Source: Fistulifera solaris
Lineage: Eukaryota
Length of the DNA: 64,000 nt
Assembly (NCBI GenBank): GCA_030295235.1
Contig: AP026126.1
Location: 1,488,001 to 1,552,000 of the forward strand
Direction of reading: 5' to 3'
The translations under genes and the position numbers were made by a program. The notes beneath the pieces were generated by a model. It made no database searches. It was not told the DNA's origin and saw nothing but the letters and a program-made list of their open reading frames with translations. Positions 1 through 12,253 of this stretch are shown here, piece after piece. Position 1 is the stretch's first letter, and the number at the start of each line of letters is the position of its first letter.

Positions 1-168
1 TGGGCGACAAATAAATGATTTTTTGTTGCAAACTTGAAGTGGTTAGTACAAGGTACAGTACCTGGTTCCTCGTATCATCAATTGCTGCTTACTTTTTTTT
101 CGTCGCTTACATCACCGACTCTCTCTGCGCTTTGTTCGCCATTATCCTTGCTAACGCATTACTTGACT

Positions 169-477
169 ATGAGCACCAGCGAGAATGTTCAATACGTCAA
201 ACTAGTATCTGCTGAGGGGCATGAATTCTTCCTCGACAAGGAAGTCGCAATTTCTTCGAGCAAAACAATTCGTCTCATGCTCGAAGGATCTTTTCGAGAA
301 GCTCAAGACAATGTCATACGATTGCCCGACTTAGCGGGATACGTCTTAGAGCGCGTTGTGAAGTATATGCATTACAAGGCTCAATATCGCGATTCGACGG
401 CACGGATCCCCGAATTTGTGATCGAGCCAGAAGTTGCGATGGAGCTCATTATTGCAGCGAAGTATCTAGATTGCTAA
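169..477 (+). CDS. ELOC: Elongin C (SKP1/BTB family)
   Basis: 102 aa from ATG169: YVKLVSAEGHEFF...SKTIRLML...FREAQDNVIRLP...IPEFVIEPEVAMELIIAAKYLDC, the typical Elongin-C pattern. Confidence 0.92.
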   Translation: MSTSENVQYVKLVSAEGHEFFLDKEVAISSSKTIRLMLEGSFREAQDNVIRLPDLAGYVLERVVKYMHYKAQYRDSTARIPEFVIEPEVAMELIIAAKYLDC

Positions 478-545
478 AATTCAATTTCCTAATGAATCTA
501 GCAGCTGAGTAGCATAGTTTAATCAATCGACAAAACGGTATTGAC

Positions 546-1657
546 CTATAGATTTCGGTGCTTTTCGATCAGCGGTAGCATAATTCTCAACTGCTCTCTA
601 GCTTTCCTTGTATTCTCAATTTCGTGGGTTAATAAAAACCAAGGGGACTTGAGCAAGATATTAGCCGGCATGCGTTGTTCTGTGATAGAGGTGTGAGGCC
701 TTTATTTCCGATACGCAGAATGCCACACACGTAGTGAGCGAACAATCAACTTACCAGGGTCGGCATGCAAAGAGCATGCAATGATCTCTTCAAACCAGAA
801 TGGCACTTAAAGGACAGAAGTTCGTTAAGATCAGACTCTTCTACTGTCACGAGCAAGTCAACAAGAGAATCAATTTTTGAAAAGGGATGCTTGCCGGTTA
901 CGCACTCGTAGACAACCAACCCAAAACTCCATATATCACTAAGACGCCCATAGGATTTGGTCAAACGCTCGGGTGCCATGTATTTTGCTGTTCCGAGTAC
1001 AGTCGAATTGAGGGTCTGTTCCCCGAGCGATGCCATGCCAGCGTCACACAATTTGACTTCTCCATCGGAACTCAGCAATACGTTTGCCGGCTTTAAATCA
1101 CGATGCATGATACCTTTTTCGTGCAGATCTCTCAAGCCAAGCAAGATCTGATACGCAATGGGAGCAACCATAGCCTCTTTCATGGCCTTCGTTTGCTGTA
1201 TTGTAGCATCCAAGGAGCCTAAATTCATGTACTCGAGGACCATCGTGATATGAGTTTCTTCCAAGTAAGCGCCATAGAGCCTTATTACGTGATCACTTTG
1301 AACTTTCGTCAATGCTTTTAACTCTCTCACGAGCATGCTACGTCTCTCTGAAGAACCACTGATCACTCGAAAATCTTTTACCGCGACCGTTGAAACATCA
1401 CCGTTCTTGCGTGTCCACAAACCTACGCGTACTTCACTGAACGCTCCTTTCCCAATGATATGGCCAAGCTGGAGAGATCCTGGAGCAATCTCGCCTCGTG
1501 ACAGAGTTTCGCCCTCCAGTCGAAGAAAATCCGCACCGATGGTTACGCCTTCATAACGAAAATGTTCGTCATCCGAGTGAAAAGAACAATTCAATTCTTC
1601 GGCTTCAGTATTTATTGCGTCGATGTTCAGAGAAAGTATATCAATGCGCCTCGTCAT
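546..1657 (-). CDS. STE7/MAPKK-like Ser/Thr kinase
   Basis: GKGAFSEV, VAVK, LEYMNLGSL, HRDLKPAN, GTAKYMAPERL, SDIWSFG. The 3' end was rebuilt with a frameshift near 790 and intron 754-680, giving HADPEQRMPANILLKSPWF, stop at 546. Confidence 0.85.
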
Positions 1658-1990
1658 TGTTGTTCCGGGGTGTGCTTTTCAATCGAAGGGGAAGATAAGG
1701 CAATTATTGTGATCACATGATCGGAATCCGATGCCTGTGTTTGTTTTTACATTGAGAGTGGTGTAAAAAATGACGGGACTGGAAACTCGTGTTTGATAAA
1801 TCCTGACATTCTGAGACGGAACGGTTTTCTTTTAGTAGAGCAAAACAAGCTCCTCGTTTTTGCACACCCACTTTTATCTTTTGCGTGTCGGCATTCGGCA
1901 TTGGTTTGATTCCTGTATCCGGTAGGACGAAACAATCACACAAAACCGTGTCGATCGACGAATCTTTCAAATAATTATTTTAAAAAGAGA

Positions 1991-3943
1991 ATGAGGTCAT
2001 TCCTTATCTATTTTCTGTTGACTCGATCCTTTCTTGCAACTACTGGCTCCGACGAAACGTGCGTCGTTCTGGAGAACGGAGAAACGCAGTGTCATTCAAA
2101 GGCCCCTGGCGGCGAAAAACGTCATGAAACGGAATCCATATCAACGCACCAAGCCCCGCTATGCTCACTCTATATTGCTGAATCCACCATTCCTGGAGCA
2201 GGACTTGGTATGTTTACAGGGGTTGCACGCAAAGCAAAAGAAGTGATTTGGCCTGGAGACGTCGTGAACCCTGTCGTTGACCGAAAATATCATCAAATGG
2301 TTCTCGGACCTGAAACGTACAAAAGCGAGGATGTTTCTCTCAACCCCCTGGAAGATTACGAGTGGCTTGGAGGCGCCATGGGGATTCAGCACGAGACAGC
2401 CCACCCATATGTGTGGCCGCGTTTCATCCACGCTTTTGCTCCGGGGTTTACTTCCGTTCTCAATAGTCATCCTGGCCTTTTTAACTGCGACCTCAAGTCC
2501 ATACCAACATATGATACAAATGGGCTGCACCGCTCCAAGGATCCTGGGGCAGGTGCTTTCACGCCGTACTTTGGAGGTAACCATATAGCTTTGGAAGACA
2601 TTCAAACGGGGGCGGAACTTTTCTTATATTATGGCGACCCGTATTTTCGACTTCGGACTAAGATTTATGGTTTATTACCATTGCCCATTCATCATGACTA
2701 TGCGGACATCTACGTCAAAAAGTACTATTCAGTAATCAGCGCGTTGATGTATCTAGGGATCTGGAACTATCTTGTCGATAACTTTCCATATTACCGTCGC
2801 CTTATGAATGCAATGCCAAAGACGAAGGAGGACTTGGAACTTGTTATAAACGGAAGTATTCGAGATATGCATCGTCCAGCTGCTACGCGTTCTATTCAAA
2901 AACTCAATGAAGAGGGAAGATGCGTTGACACGTTGGAAGTTCGCCCTTCCACTATCCCACAGGCAGGACGTGGGGCGTTTGCTACTCGATTCCTTCCGAA
3001 AGGCATCGTGGTGACGGGGACACCACTTATCTTTGTCCCCACAGATGACTTTTTTTAAAATGTATGAAGGAGACTGGGAAACGAAAAAGAAGTACCCAAC
3101 AAGGATAAGATTGTCCACCATCAAATCTCTTTCAACTACTGCCTTTATCATCCCGACTCGAGTATCTTCCTCTGTCCTTACGGAATCGGTGTCAACTACA
3201 TCAATAATGGCGGAAAAGACGGGGCGAACGTTATATTGCAGTGGGCTAGTGAAGGCGAACTTGGTCACAACAACACAATCCTCCAGCATAGTCCTCGACA
3301 TTTGCTCGGCAATGCTGCTCCCCGCATATTTCTGAATTACGTCGCGACTCGAGATATTCAAGAAGGAGAGGAAATTTTCCTAGACTACGGTGACGCGTGG
3401 CAGGCGGCGTGGGATCATCATGTCCGTTCCTTTGAAGAACATCGAGTAGAAGGTTCGACAGACTACCAATCCGCTCGGGATTGGACGAAGGATAATTTGG
3501 ATACGATGCTACGCACCGAAGAGGAACAGGTGGAAAATCCGTATCCATCTCATTTTACACTGCAGTGCATCATAGATTATGACCTAGATCGTCGTGCTCT
3601 GCTGTCGTTATGGGGCCGTGAGCATACTCCCTCGATTCCTTGTCGTATTAAGAAGCGACGAAAAGCGATAAGTGGAAAATACGAATACAAGGTATTGTTC
3701 AAGCCAATCGGTACTGCTGGCCATCAAATTTCGAAACAACTAATCGAGGATATCGAAGACATGAAATGGACTGAATCCGATTGGCTTCCTCAGGCAGCCC
3801 TTCGATTTACAGATCGCCCGTACTCGACAGATTTATGGCTTCCTCATGCATTCCGCCATCCGATCGGCTTACCCGACGACTTATTCCCCGACGCCTGGAG
3901 GAATGTACACTTGTCTTTTGCGGACTTTGCAAGCAGTCAATAG
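1991..3943 (+). CDS. Signal-peptide protein with two SET-like domains
   Basis: Hydrophobic N-terminus; module 1 YIAESTIPGAGLGMF...ELFLYYG; module 2 VRPSTIPQAGRGAFA...ATRDIQEGEEIFLDYG. ORFs 1991 and 3236 join by removing one T from the T7 run at ~3050. Confidence 0.8.
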
Positions 3944-4342
3944 ATGCTTTTTTGTGAACCAACATGTACCGTCGTCCTCAACATCATGCTTTACGAATGT
4001 TATAGTAACCACATCAATTTAGTCTCTACAAATCAAGCTATAGCGAGTATCGTCTTAAGAAATTTCAGGACTCAGAATTAAGTAGCAAAGGGAAAGTTGC
4101 TCTTTCTCCGTCGGATGTGCCGGTGCTCCAGCTGATTCGCTTTGTTCGAAAATCTAAGTAGGCAACGTCGGCCAGCATTAAACTCTGGTTCGCATCTGCA
4201 TGGCAAGATCTACAAGTGCCTGTGTAGCTGAAGCATCAACGCGTAAAATGAAACGTTTGTCTCGCTCGCGTTCATAATACCCGTTTCTGATTTTGTAGCT
4301 TGTCTACTGCTTCGTAAAAAGCATAGTGCTTCCATTACCACT

Positions 4343-6133
4343 CTAAAACAATTTCTTCTGGTTTAAAGATGATCGTGCTTCATCGAACTCTGGTCTGAGC
4401 TTTTTTGCTTCCACGTCACGAGCGTGCACAACACCTTCCATTTGCTCCCGAGGTTCTTCTTCCTCGCGTTTCACTGTCAATGCCCGTGTTTTTAGTTCGC
4501 TGATTTCACTTTGGTAACAATCACGATCTAGCATTGCCTGAACCTTATCTGTTTCTGAAACGAATCGGGCAGTGCGAGCTTCTGCAATTCGAGTACGAAG
4601 TCTCACTATTTCTCCGCGCAATGAAGCAATTTCCAGCGGGGCAGTTGCAGCATTAGAATCCTTGCCTAATTCTTCACCCCTTTTGTTCGCTTCCAAAATA
4701 TCGCCTCTTCCGGCGAATCTGGACTCGTCATCGGGTAGTTCGAGTGCATTGAATGTGGTCAGTCTTTGTGAGTCTCTATGTGGAGACTCGTAGAAGATGG
4801 TCTCAGGTATAAGATCCGTGTAGCCTCGTGGGTCATCCATTTCATGCTGACGCACGCCAAAGGGAAGGTCAATATTATCTTGCAATTTCGGCTTACTGGG
4901 TAACCGAAGACCTGCAATAGTTGTTCTAGGGTTTAGTTTTATTCCAAAACCTCGAGTCGTCTCTGCATCTAAATGATGTCGGGTGGCAAGCGGTCGGCTG
5001 AAAGTTTCTCGCTCGTCGTCATTATGCCAGCTAGGCGTTTCTTTCAAGGGTGTATCAAAGTCGTTAAAATCTGGCTTGATCGTACTTTCGTCTGGAAGAA
5101 ATGGTATGTCGCTCGTACTTCGTATGTGAAGCTGGGCGAAATCAGATGCATCGGCAGTGAAGTGGATGTTTCTATTCGCACGCGAGGGTGAATCCTGCGA
5201 TGGGATCGAGCTTTCATCCCAGATGGGTCCAGCAAATGACCGGCTTTGTACTACCTGCTCGTCTGGTCGTAGCGTAACATCCAGTGCTTCTTCTTCGAAA
5301 CAACCGGATTCGTGAAGAAAGAAGTCCATGTCGTCGTCACGTTGTCGATGAGCCACGGTCGAGTTAAGTCGGTAAACGTCTTTTGATAAAACGGAACAAT
5401 CGGTGACTGTTCTCCCTAATATAAGTCCGGCATTAACAATTGTTTGATAGGCAAACTTTTTGGTATTCGCGTCAGCTCTGCAGGCTAGTAAAGCAGGCTT
5501 CTGATGAACAAGTTGTTCAGCATTCTTATCTTTAAGCTGATTTGCTTGAGCGCTTCGTCGATCTTCTTCAATTTTCTTTTTATTGCAAGACGAAAAGAAA
5601 ATAGCGCTATCCAGCAAGGATCCACGACCTTGCAGATGACGCAACCGAGGAGTCACACTTTCCATGTGACGAAGGCTTGCAGCACACAACAAAGGATATC
5701 GCGAAATAACATTTTGATCATCTGTGTCAGCGTCTTGATTATCATCTATACTCTTTTCTTCGACAGCAAGGCCATGCGACTCCCGTGGTATTGAATGCGT
5801 GACCGATGTGGGTGAAATAAGTTTCGATGCTGGGTGGCTCGTTTCTCGTCCTCGTTTCAGCGTTGCTTGAATAATCGGACTCATGAACGCCGATGACCGT
5901 GTCAATTCCGTAGGGACGTGTAATGTTTCTCTCGCGTGCCGCAATCGTTCCTCTTCGAGCTTTCGTTGTTGTCTGCGCGCGAAACGTTCTCTCACATCTG
6001 AATACGATCGTCCGGGGGATTTAGACAATCGGACATTTTGCGGCGTCTGTGCCGTTGCATAGGCTTCACCGATGTCCGTCATCATTGTTCCACTTGTTTC
6101 TTCAATGAGAAGGTTTAAAAGCAGAACATTCAA
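4343..6133 (-). CDS. Hypothetical protein, low complexity, C-terminal coiled coil
   Basis: 596-aa ORF; both ends probably extend through frameshifts; no family recognised. Confidence 0.6.
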   Translation of the reverse strand: MNVLLLNLLIEETSGTMMTDIGEAYATAQTPQNVRLSKSPGRSYSDVRERFARRQQRKLEEERLRHARETLHVPTELTRSSAFMSPIIQATLKRGRETSHPASKLISPTSVTHSIPRESHGLAVEEKSIDDNQDADTDDQNVISRYPLLCAASLRHMESVTPRLRHLQGRGSLLDSAIFFSSCNKKKIEEDRRSAQANQLKDKNAEQLVHQKPALLACRADANTKKFAYQTIVNAGLILGRTVTDCSVLSKDVYRLNSTVAHRQRDDDMDFFLHESGCFEEEALDVTLRPDEQVVQSRSFAGPIWDESSIPSQDSPSRANRNIHFTADASDFAQLHIRSTSDIPFLPDESTIKPDFNDFDTPLKETPSWHNDDERETFSRPLATRHHLDAETTRGFGIKLNPRTTIAGLRLPSKPKLQDNIDLPFGVRQHEMDDPRGYTDLIPETIFYESPHRDSQRLTTFNALELPDDESRFAGRGDILEANKRGEELGKDSNAATAPLEIASLRGEIVRLRTRIAEARTARFVSETDKVQAMLDRDCYQSEISELKTRALTVKREEEEPREQMEGVVHARDVEAKKLRPEFDEARSSLNQKKLF

Positions 6134-6603
6134 TTGAGCTCAGTGGATTGATCGGGTCGAGCTCTTGATCTCGTTTGCTGGCTTTTAATCTTTGGTCTAT
6201 AAAAGGTTGCACCTTGAAAATTTTGTCCATTTTCGCCGCGTACACAAGAACCAAATTTTCGAAAACGAGTTTCGAATTAAATAAAACTCGTTGCGACATG
6301 TGCTTATTTCTTCTTTGTGTACCTTGCTCGTTTGAATTTTCCGATGATGTCTTGGGATGGTTCCGGGACTGGTCCTAATCACGCGAAAAGTTATCCTACT
6401 TCTCATTGTAGTGTGAAAGTAGAAGACGTTTCGGAACATGGCTTCAAACACGACCGTTCAGAACTATCCGCAATAAATTTAGCTGATCGGCGACGCGACG
6501 CATTTCTTCGCCTTTTGCGACCGCAAAAAGCGTTCACAACAATTTCCGAGCGCAACAAGGACTGCTTCTACTGCTTCGAAAGGCGTCGTTTCCCTCAAAC
6601 AAC

Positions 6604-7689
6604 ATGGATTTCATCGAATGGGCTGCTCATTTTCCGACGGAACGCGGAAGTTGGGCGGAGTTTGTCAAGGATGTCACGATCGGCATCATCGCCGGTCATT
6701 TGCGGTGCATGTCCATGATTTACAAATTCGCCAAACACCAAGTGTTACGGCGTGCTCTGAAAAAGCCTAGGTCTTGTCGAAGAAATCTATCCGACAATTC
6801 AAAATGGTAAAATAGACTACGCCTTTGTTGGTTATGGGAGAACTGGAACGGTGAGTCGTCGTCATTATTTGTTTTCTTCACGGTCGTCAATATTTAACAC
6901 AGCGATTTACACTAAATGATTTCTTCTGGACAGTTTTCTGTTTATCTAGCGCTGAAACAACTTGGCTTCAAAGGGGTTCACTCGGAGGAATGGGGAGACC
7001 AGCCGGAAGTTCTCGATTACTTTCATGAACATATGGTCAAGCCGTCCATTGATGCTGGAGAAGTCATCGTCGGTGACCCCGATATGCGCGTGATTGCAAA
7101 TTATGGATACACGGCGGTATTTGACATTGTTCCAGCAATCTACTATGAGCAAATGCTCAATCAGTTCCCCGATTGCAAATTCATTTTGACTTCGCGTGAC
7201 AGTGAATCTTGGTTCGAATCTTGGACTAGCATGACACAGATCGTCAGCACGCCCCTACATTTGGCTGGAAAGTTGTTCCGTTTGCCTGCGTTGACAAAGG
7301 GTTCAGACTATATTCGATGGCTGTTCGCTTACTTGAATCAGGATGCATCGATTCTAACTGCTTCTTGGCCCACCGATGTCACAAACCGTGAAACAGCTAT
7401 TCCCATGTACGAAGCGCACAACAAACGTGTACGAGAGATCATTCCCCCAGAGAAGCTTCTAGAATATCATCCCCGAGAAGGATGGGAGCCTCTTTGCAAA
7501 TTCATGGAGTTGGATCCCTGTCCCACGACGCCATTTCCTCACAGTAATTCCCGTCTTTCGATGCGCGTCCAAGCTTGGTCTGCATTCTTGTTATTGCTGG
7601 AAGCTGCCCTAGTTCTCTTTTTTGGTGTTTCACTAATTCGAAAGTTTTTTTCGCCCAAGAAAAAGCAAACGAAAGCCAAAGCTTTGTGA
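6604..7689 (+). CDS. Sulfotransferase-like P-loop protein (Sulfotransfer_4 type) with C-terminal TM
   Basis: Intron 6851-6933 gives VGYGRTGT|FSVYLALKQLG; also KFILTSRDSESWFES, HNKRVRE, EGWEPLCKF, PFPHSN. The 5' part needs a frameshift, so the start is uncertain. Confidence 0.8.
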
Positions 7690-8084
7690 GAATAATGATT
7701 TGATCTCTTTGGAAAGGCGATCGTTTGATCACCCATGATGCGTTTCAACAATGAGTCTCACTTTTAGTAACCGAGCTCTTTCTGATTTACATATGAACCT
7801 GCACGAGTGGTAGTACGAAAGTAATTGAATCAACATAGGTTAAACGACTAGTTCTGAATGCGTGGAGACACCTGAGAAGGTGATACCGGTACTTATACTG
7901 TACGGTTGTACGTCCTGAAGCCTGTCCGTAATCTCCAGACTATTTCGAGGAAAAGGTCATGTTCGATCATAAAGCGTCGATGCGTGCATTTCTAATGTCT
8001 CAAAATGTAATAGCATCCAAGCTAGGACAAACGTAGCTTGCGAAGCTTGCAGAACGAGCGAGTTGAGAAGCGGAATTGTACGGA

Positions 8085-8140
8085 TTCATGACTGACATTC
8101 AGTCGTGGCGAAAGGTCGCCTACACTTTCGCTTACAGTAA
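8085..8140. repeat. 56-bp two-hairpin dispersed element, copy 1
   Basis: 51/56 identical to 41138-41193. Confidence 0.85.
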
Positions 8141-8559
8141 AACGTGGAAAACAATGGTTTGCAAATGAGATTCGAGGTGAGTTTTGAAAAAGATATAAAT
8201 GCATGGAAAGAGGGACGAACGTAGTTTACCAGCTGGCAGTACGAATGGAGGTTAGAACGCAGTCCCCTTCAAAATAATTTCGACTCATGACTCGTGACTG
8301 ACGTACAGTCATGGTAAAGTCTCTGGGTCATCAATAGGGAAATCTGTCTGTCATCGCTCGCGCAGACCTCTGCTCAAGCCCACAAACTGCGAGCACCAAG
8401 GACGGTACCTTGTACCAGTTACCTGGTATTTGTATTGATGTGTTACACAACTTCTTCGTTCCTTTTGTATCTTCTTATCACAAATGAAAAGCTAGATATC
8501 TTGCACAGAATTACAGCACAGTACAGCTCTGCAGTTTGGCCTATTCATTATGGCTAACG

Positions 8560-11500
8560 ATGCCTCGAGAACGATTTCGTGTTATTTGGAGTACCCGCTC
8601 CCAAGAAACATACAACCTGTTTGCGCGGCTCCCGCGTCGAACAGCCCAACGCCTCGGTAATGGACAAGGCAAAGAAAATACATTTCTTTCTCTTGCTCTG
8701 CGCTTTGAAGAAGACGAGGATCCTGTATTCGCTTCTTTCAACGGAGGATTTATTCAAGTTGCGGCACACGATTTAGGTGAGTGTCTGTAAGGAGCGACTC
8801 ATCTTGTGAATGAGAGCCAATGAGGAATCAGCTGATTTGTCAAGACAACTGAAAGCGTACATGTCGATCAAAACCACTGTTGCCTTCCTACCGAGGTCCA
8901 GAGTATTTCTTCTTAGCTTGCGTATCGTGTCTCGACTTTGCTCTCACAATCAAGTATTTTTGTTCTCGTTTCTCAGATGCGAAAGTAATTGAGTTACCTC
9001 GTCAGCTTTTCAGAGATCAGGAAACAAAGACGCATATATGGGTAGAGTGTATACCGATGCCGTTCACAGCGAAGGAAATCCACGTTGACCCATTAACTTA
9101 TCGAGATTGGGAATTGTTGGAGGCATGGTCCTCGCAACTCGAAGAGTTCTTGTTACAGCAAGTTTCGATCGTTTATCCCGGACAGACGCTTGCTTTACAT
9201 ATGAACAATGGTGTCACTGCTTGTGTGCAAGTAAAGCGCTCTGGCTTTCAAGCAGCTGCAAATCCGTGGGAAGACGAGACTTTACTGCAGGACAGGCTTC
9301 AGTGTCTTTGTTTGAAAAGCGATACTTCAGTTTTTGTCTCGCCAAAAACAAGGCCATCATCTGATCGAGACGCGCGTCTTCTTCTCGTTCCTTGTCTGCA
9401 AGACTATAGCCCGTCGATGGAACATTTTGCCAAATTTTTCAATGTCGATGTCGTAAATGTTCCTCTCTTTTCAGCTGCAGTACATCCCGAAACGCTGAGC
9501 ATGATTCTTGGGCGCCAGTATTCGGGACACTTGACGGATTGCAACGCTTTGCTACAATATGACACTGAGAAACGCCAGGCACGAAAGGAAACTGCTATTG
9601 TTCGATTGATTCGATCCGAACTGGTCTCTAAGAATGCAATTGGTAGGTACTTTGATTTGTGTCATAATCGCCTTCCTTGTCGGTGACGAACAACACCATG
9701 CTAATTCTGAAGCATCATGCGTGAAGAGATTCCACTCAACTTATTCTGAGATATTTGTGCTGTCTGTGTAATTGGCGATCACTGCTCGACTTTTGTTTTA
9801 ACTTTCGTCTCCTTCGTGTACGCAGCTGTTCACCCGTTAATTCGCTTGAAACTAAACGCTCAAGTTCTGATTGATCACGTGACGATACGCATCCTAGAAG
9901 AATCGGACATTAAGCTGGCACATATCGAAACTCTGGAAACTGGTCGTTTATCACTTTGTCCAGTTCATATCACCGGAAATAGCACTCTGTCCACGTGGCG
10001 ACGACCAGATATCATTTCAGGTTTTGACAGCATACGTGCATTTGCCGAAAACACAAATATGACTATTCCTTCTGACTTGCAACGTTGTTTTACTGACTCA
10101 GGGAGCTATGTGCCTCTCCCGCTGACCGATTTCCGTTCTTGTGGGCGGAATTTGTTTCGAGTCGATTGCGTAGAGAGCCACTCAGTTTTGGCTGTAAATT
10201 GTTTGGCGCGCATTTTTGAAAACGACCTGCAGGCGAAGAGAGACCCGGAACTAATTCGCCGTGACATGGACGTCAGCTTGATTGACATAATTCCGGATAT
10301 AACTATTATCGAGGAGGCACTTGTTGAAAGCGTTATGAAATCTCTGGATGGCTTTGTAATTTATGGGCACACGGGTAGTGGTAAGACCCATCTAGCTCTT
10401 ATGCATGCGACACTTGCGCATTTGAAAGAAGGACGCGGCACAGTTTATTTAGACTGCCGGAAACTTCGCGAGACGAGGGAGTTATCAATAACAAACCTTT
10501 TACAAGAGGTTGTTCAAGTGTTTAAAGATGCGACAAATCTCCATTCCTGTACCGTTATTTTAGACGATCTCGACCAAATCGTTCCCTCAGTTGAATCGAT
10601 TTCAGACTCGAATGAAAGCTCACGGATGCAGCAAATTAATCCTGCAACTGTACAACAATCTAAGTTGATGAGCGATGTGTTGTTTCACGCAATAAATTAC
10701 GCCCGAACAAAGCTGAACGGACAGTGCTTCGTCATTGCGACATGTAAATCGCCGCATACTATTCCATCAGAAATATTCAAATTGATTGGCGACGAAAACA
10801 GTGTTTTGGTTCCCCAGCTATCGGCCCAAAATCGGGAGAATTTGTTTCTCAAGATCCTTCAGTCGCGAAGTGTCCATATTCCTCAAAGTGGACGGCTCAG
10901 CGTGTCAAGAATCACTGAGGAATATCGAGCACGTGATATCCGTCATCTTGCCCTTCGCGTTGCAAAGAAGTTAGAGGGCGCTCTCCCAGATGCACTTCCA
11001 GAGTTCGGTAAAATCTTGAACGAGGAAATCACAAATTATGTTCCGATGAGTCAAGTCAATGCATTGGTTGAACGTGTCGACTTGTCAACTTCCTGGACAG
11101 ATATTGGTGGTCTATTTCGAGCGAAGCAAGCTTTGCTTGAAACTATTATTAGACCATCAGTTTACCCGCGAATTTATGCGAACTCGAAAGTCAGACAGCC
11201 CAATGGTATTCTGCTGTTTGGTCCACCTGGAACTGGAAAAACATGCATTGTACCTGCACTGGCTAAGGAATGCGGGTATAGACTGGTCACATGTAGAGGC
11301 CCCGAACTGCTAGACAAATATATCGGCGCTTCAGAGGCCAACGTGCGCAATTTATTTTCGCGGGCTGCTTCGGTGGCTCCCTCGATTCTTTTTCTCGACG
11401 AGTTGGACGCCCTTGCTCCACGTCGGGGTTCGGACAACACAGGCGTCACAGACCGTATCGTGAACCAGCTCCTCACGTTTCTGGATGGCGTAGAAGACGT

Positions 11501-12014
11501 AGCTGGTAAGGTTTATGTGGTTGCTGCAACTTCCAGACCAGATAAAGTAGATCCAGCACTTTTACGGCCTGGCCGCTTGGAAAGGCACATTTACCTTGGC
11601 TATCCAAGCCTCCAGGAAGCAGAAGACCTTATCTTGAAGATCGCTTTGCGCTACACTCTTACGACTGACGCGAGAGAAATTATTCAGGATGGTATACTTG
11701 TTCGCCAATTACCAGGCACGGTTTTTTCTCATTTATCGCCAGCAGATATCAAGGGGGCTTTCGAGCGTGCCAATGTTGATGCTATTCGGCAATCGTTAAC
11801 AGAAGGCAAAATATCCAAAGAAATCCAGATAAATGCTGAGAAGGTGGCCAATGCCTTAAAATCTTGTCAACCGTCTTTATCCGCAGATGAATACGAAAAA
11901 TTAATTTCATGTTATGCTTCGTTTCGAGGCCAAGAAGGTCGGGGCCAAGAATCAGGCGCTCGCGTCGAATCCCCAGGATCGAATGGAAGCCACCTACGTG
12001 CGGCTTTAAAGTAA
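8560..12014 (+). CDS. PEX1: Peroxisome biogenesis AAA ATPase PEX1
   Basis: Introns 8777-8976 and 9643-9825; PEX1-N motif HVDPLTYRDWELLE...LEEFLLQQVSIVYPGQ; D1 GHTGSGKT/LDDLD; D2 GPPGTGKT, GPELLDKYIGASE, RRGSDNTGVTDRIVNQLLTFLDGVE. Confidence 0.92.
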
Positions 12015-12253
12015 TACTCCGTAATACAGTTCTTATATAGATTCGTATTGTGACTAGTTTCTGATTGCTCAATTCTCGTGAAAAGCGAGCTACAAATAGA
12101 GTCGGTCATCATAACAAATCGGACGATGAGTCAAACAGAGAGCTAACTTCCTTCCTTAGCGCTTGTTTCACTTTTTAATACTATTGAGTCCTCCAGCTGT
12201 CCGTCGGTCAAAGACTCCAACAAAGTTATCTCAGAGGATCAAAAAGTCGCCTT

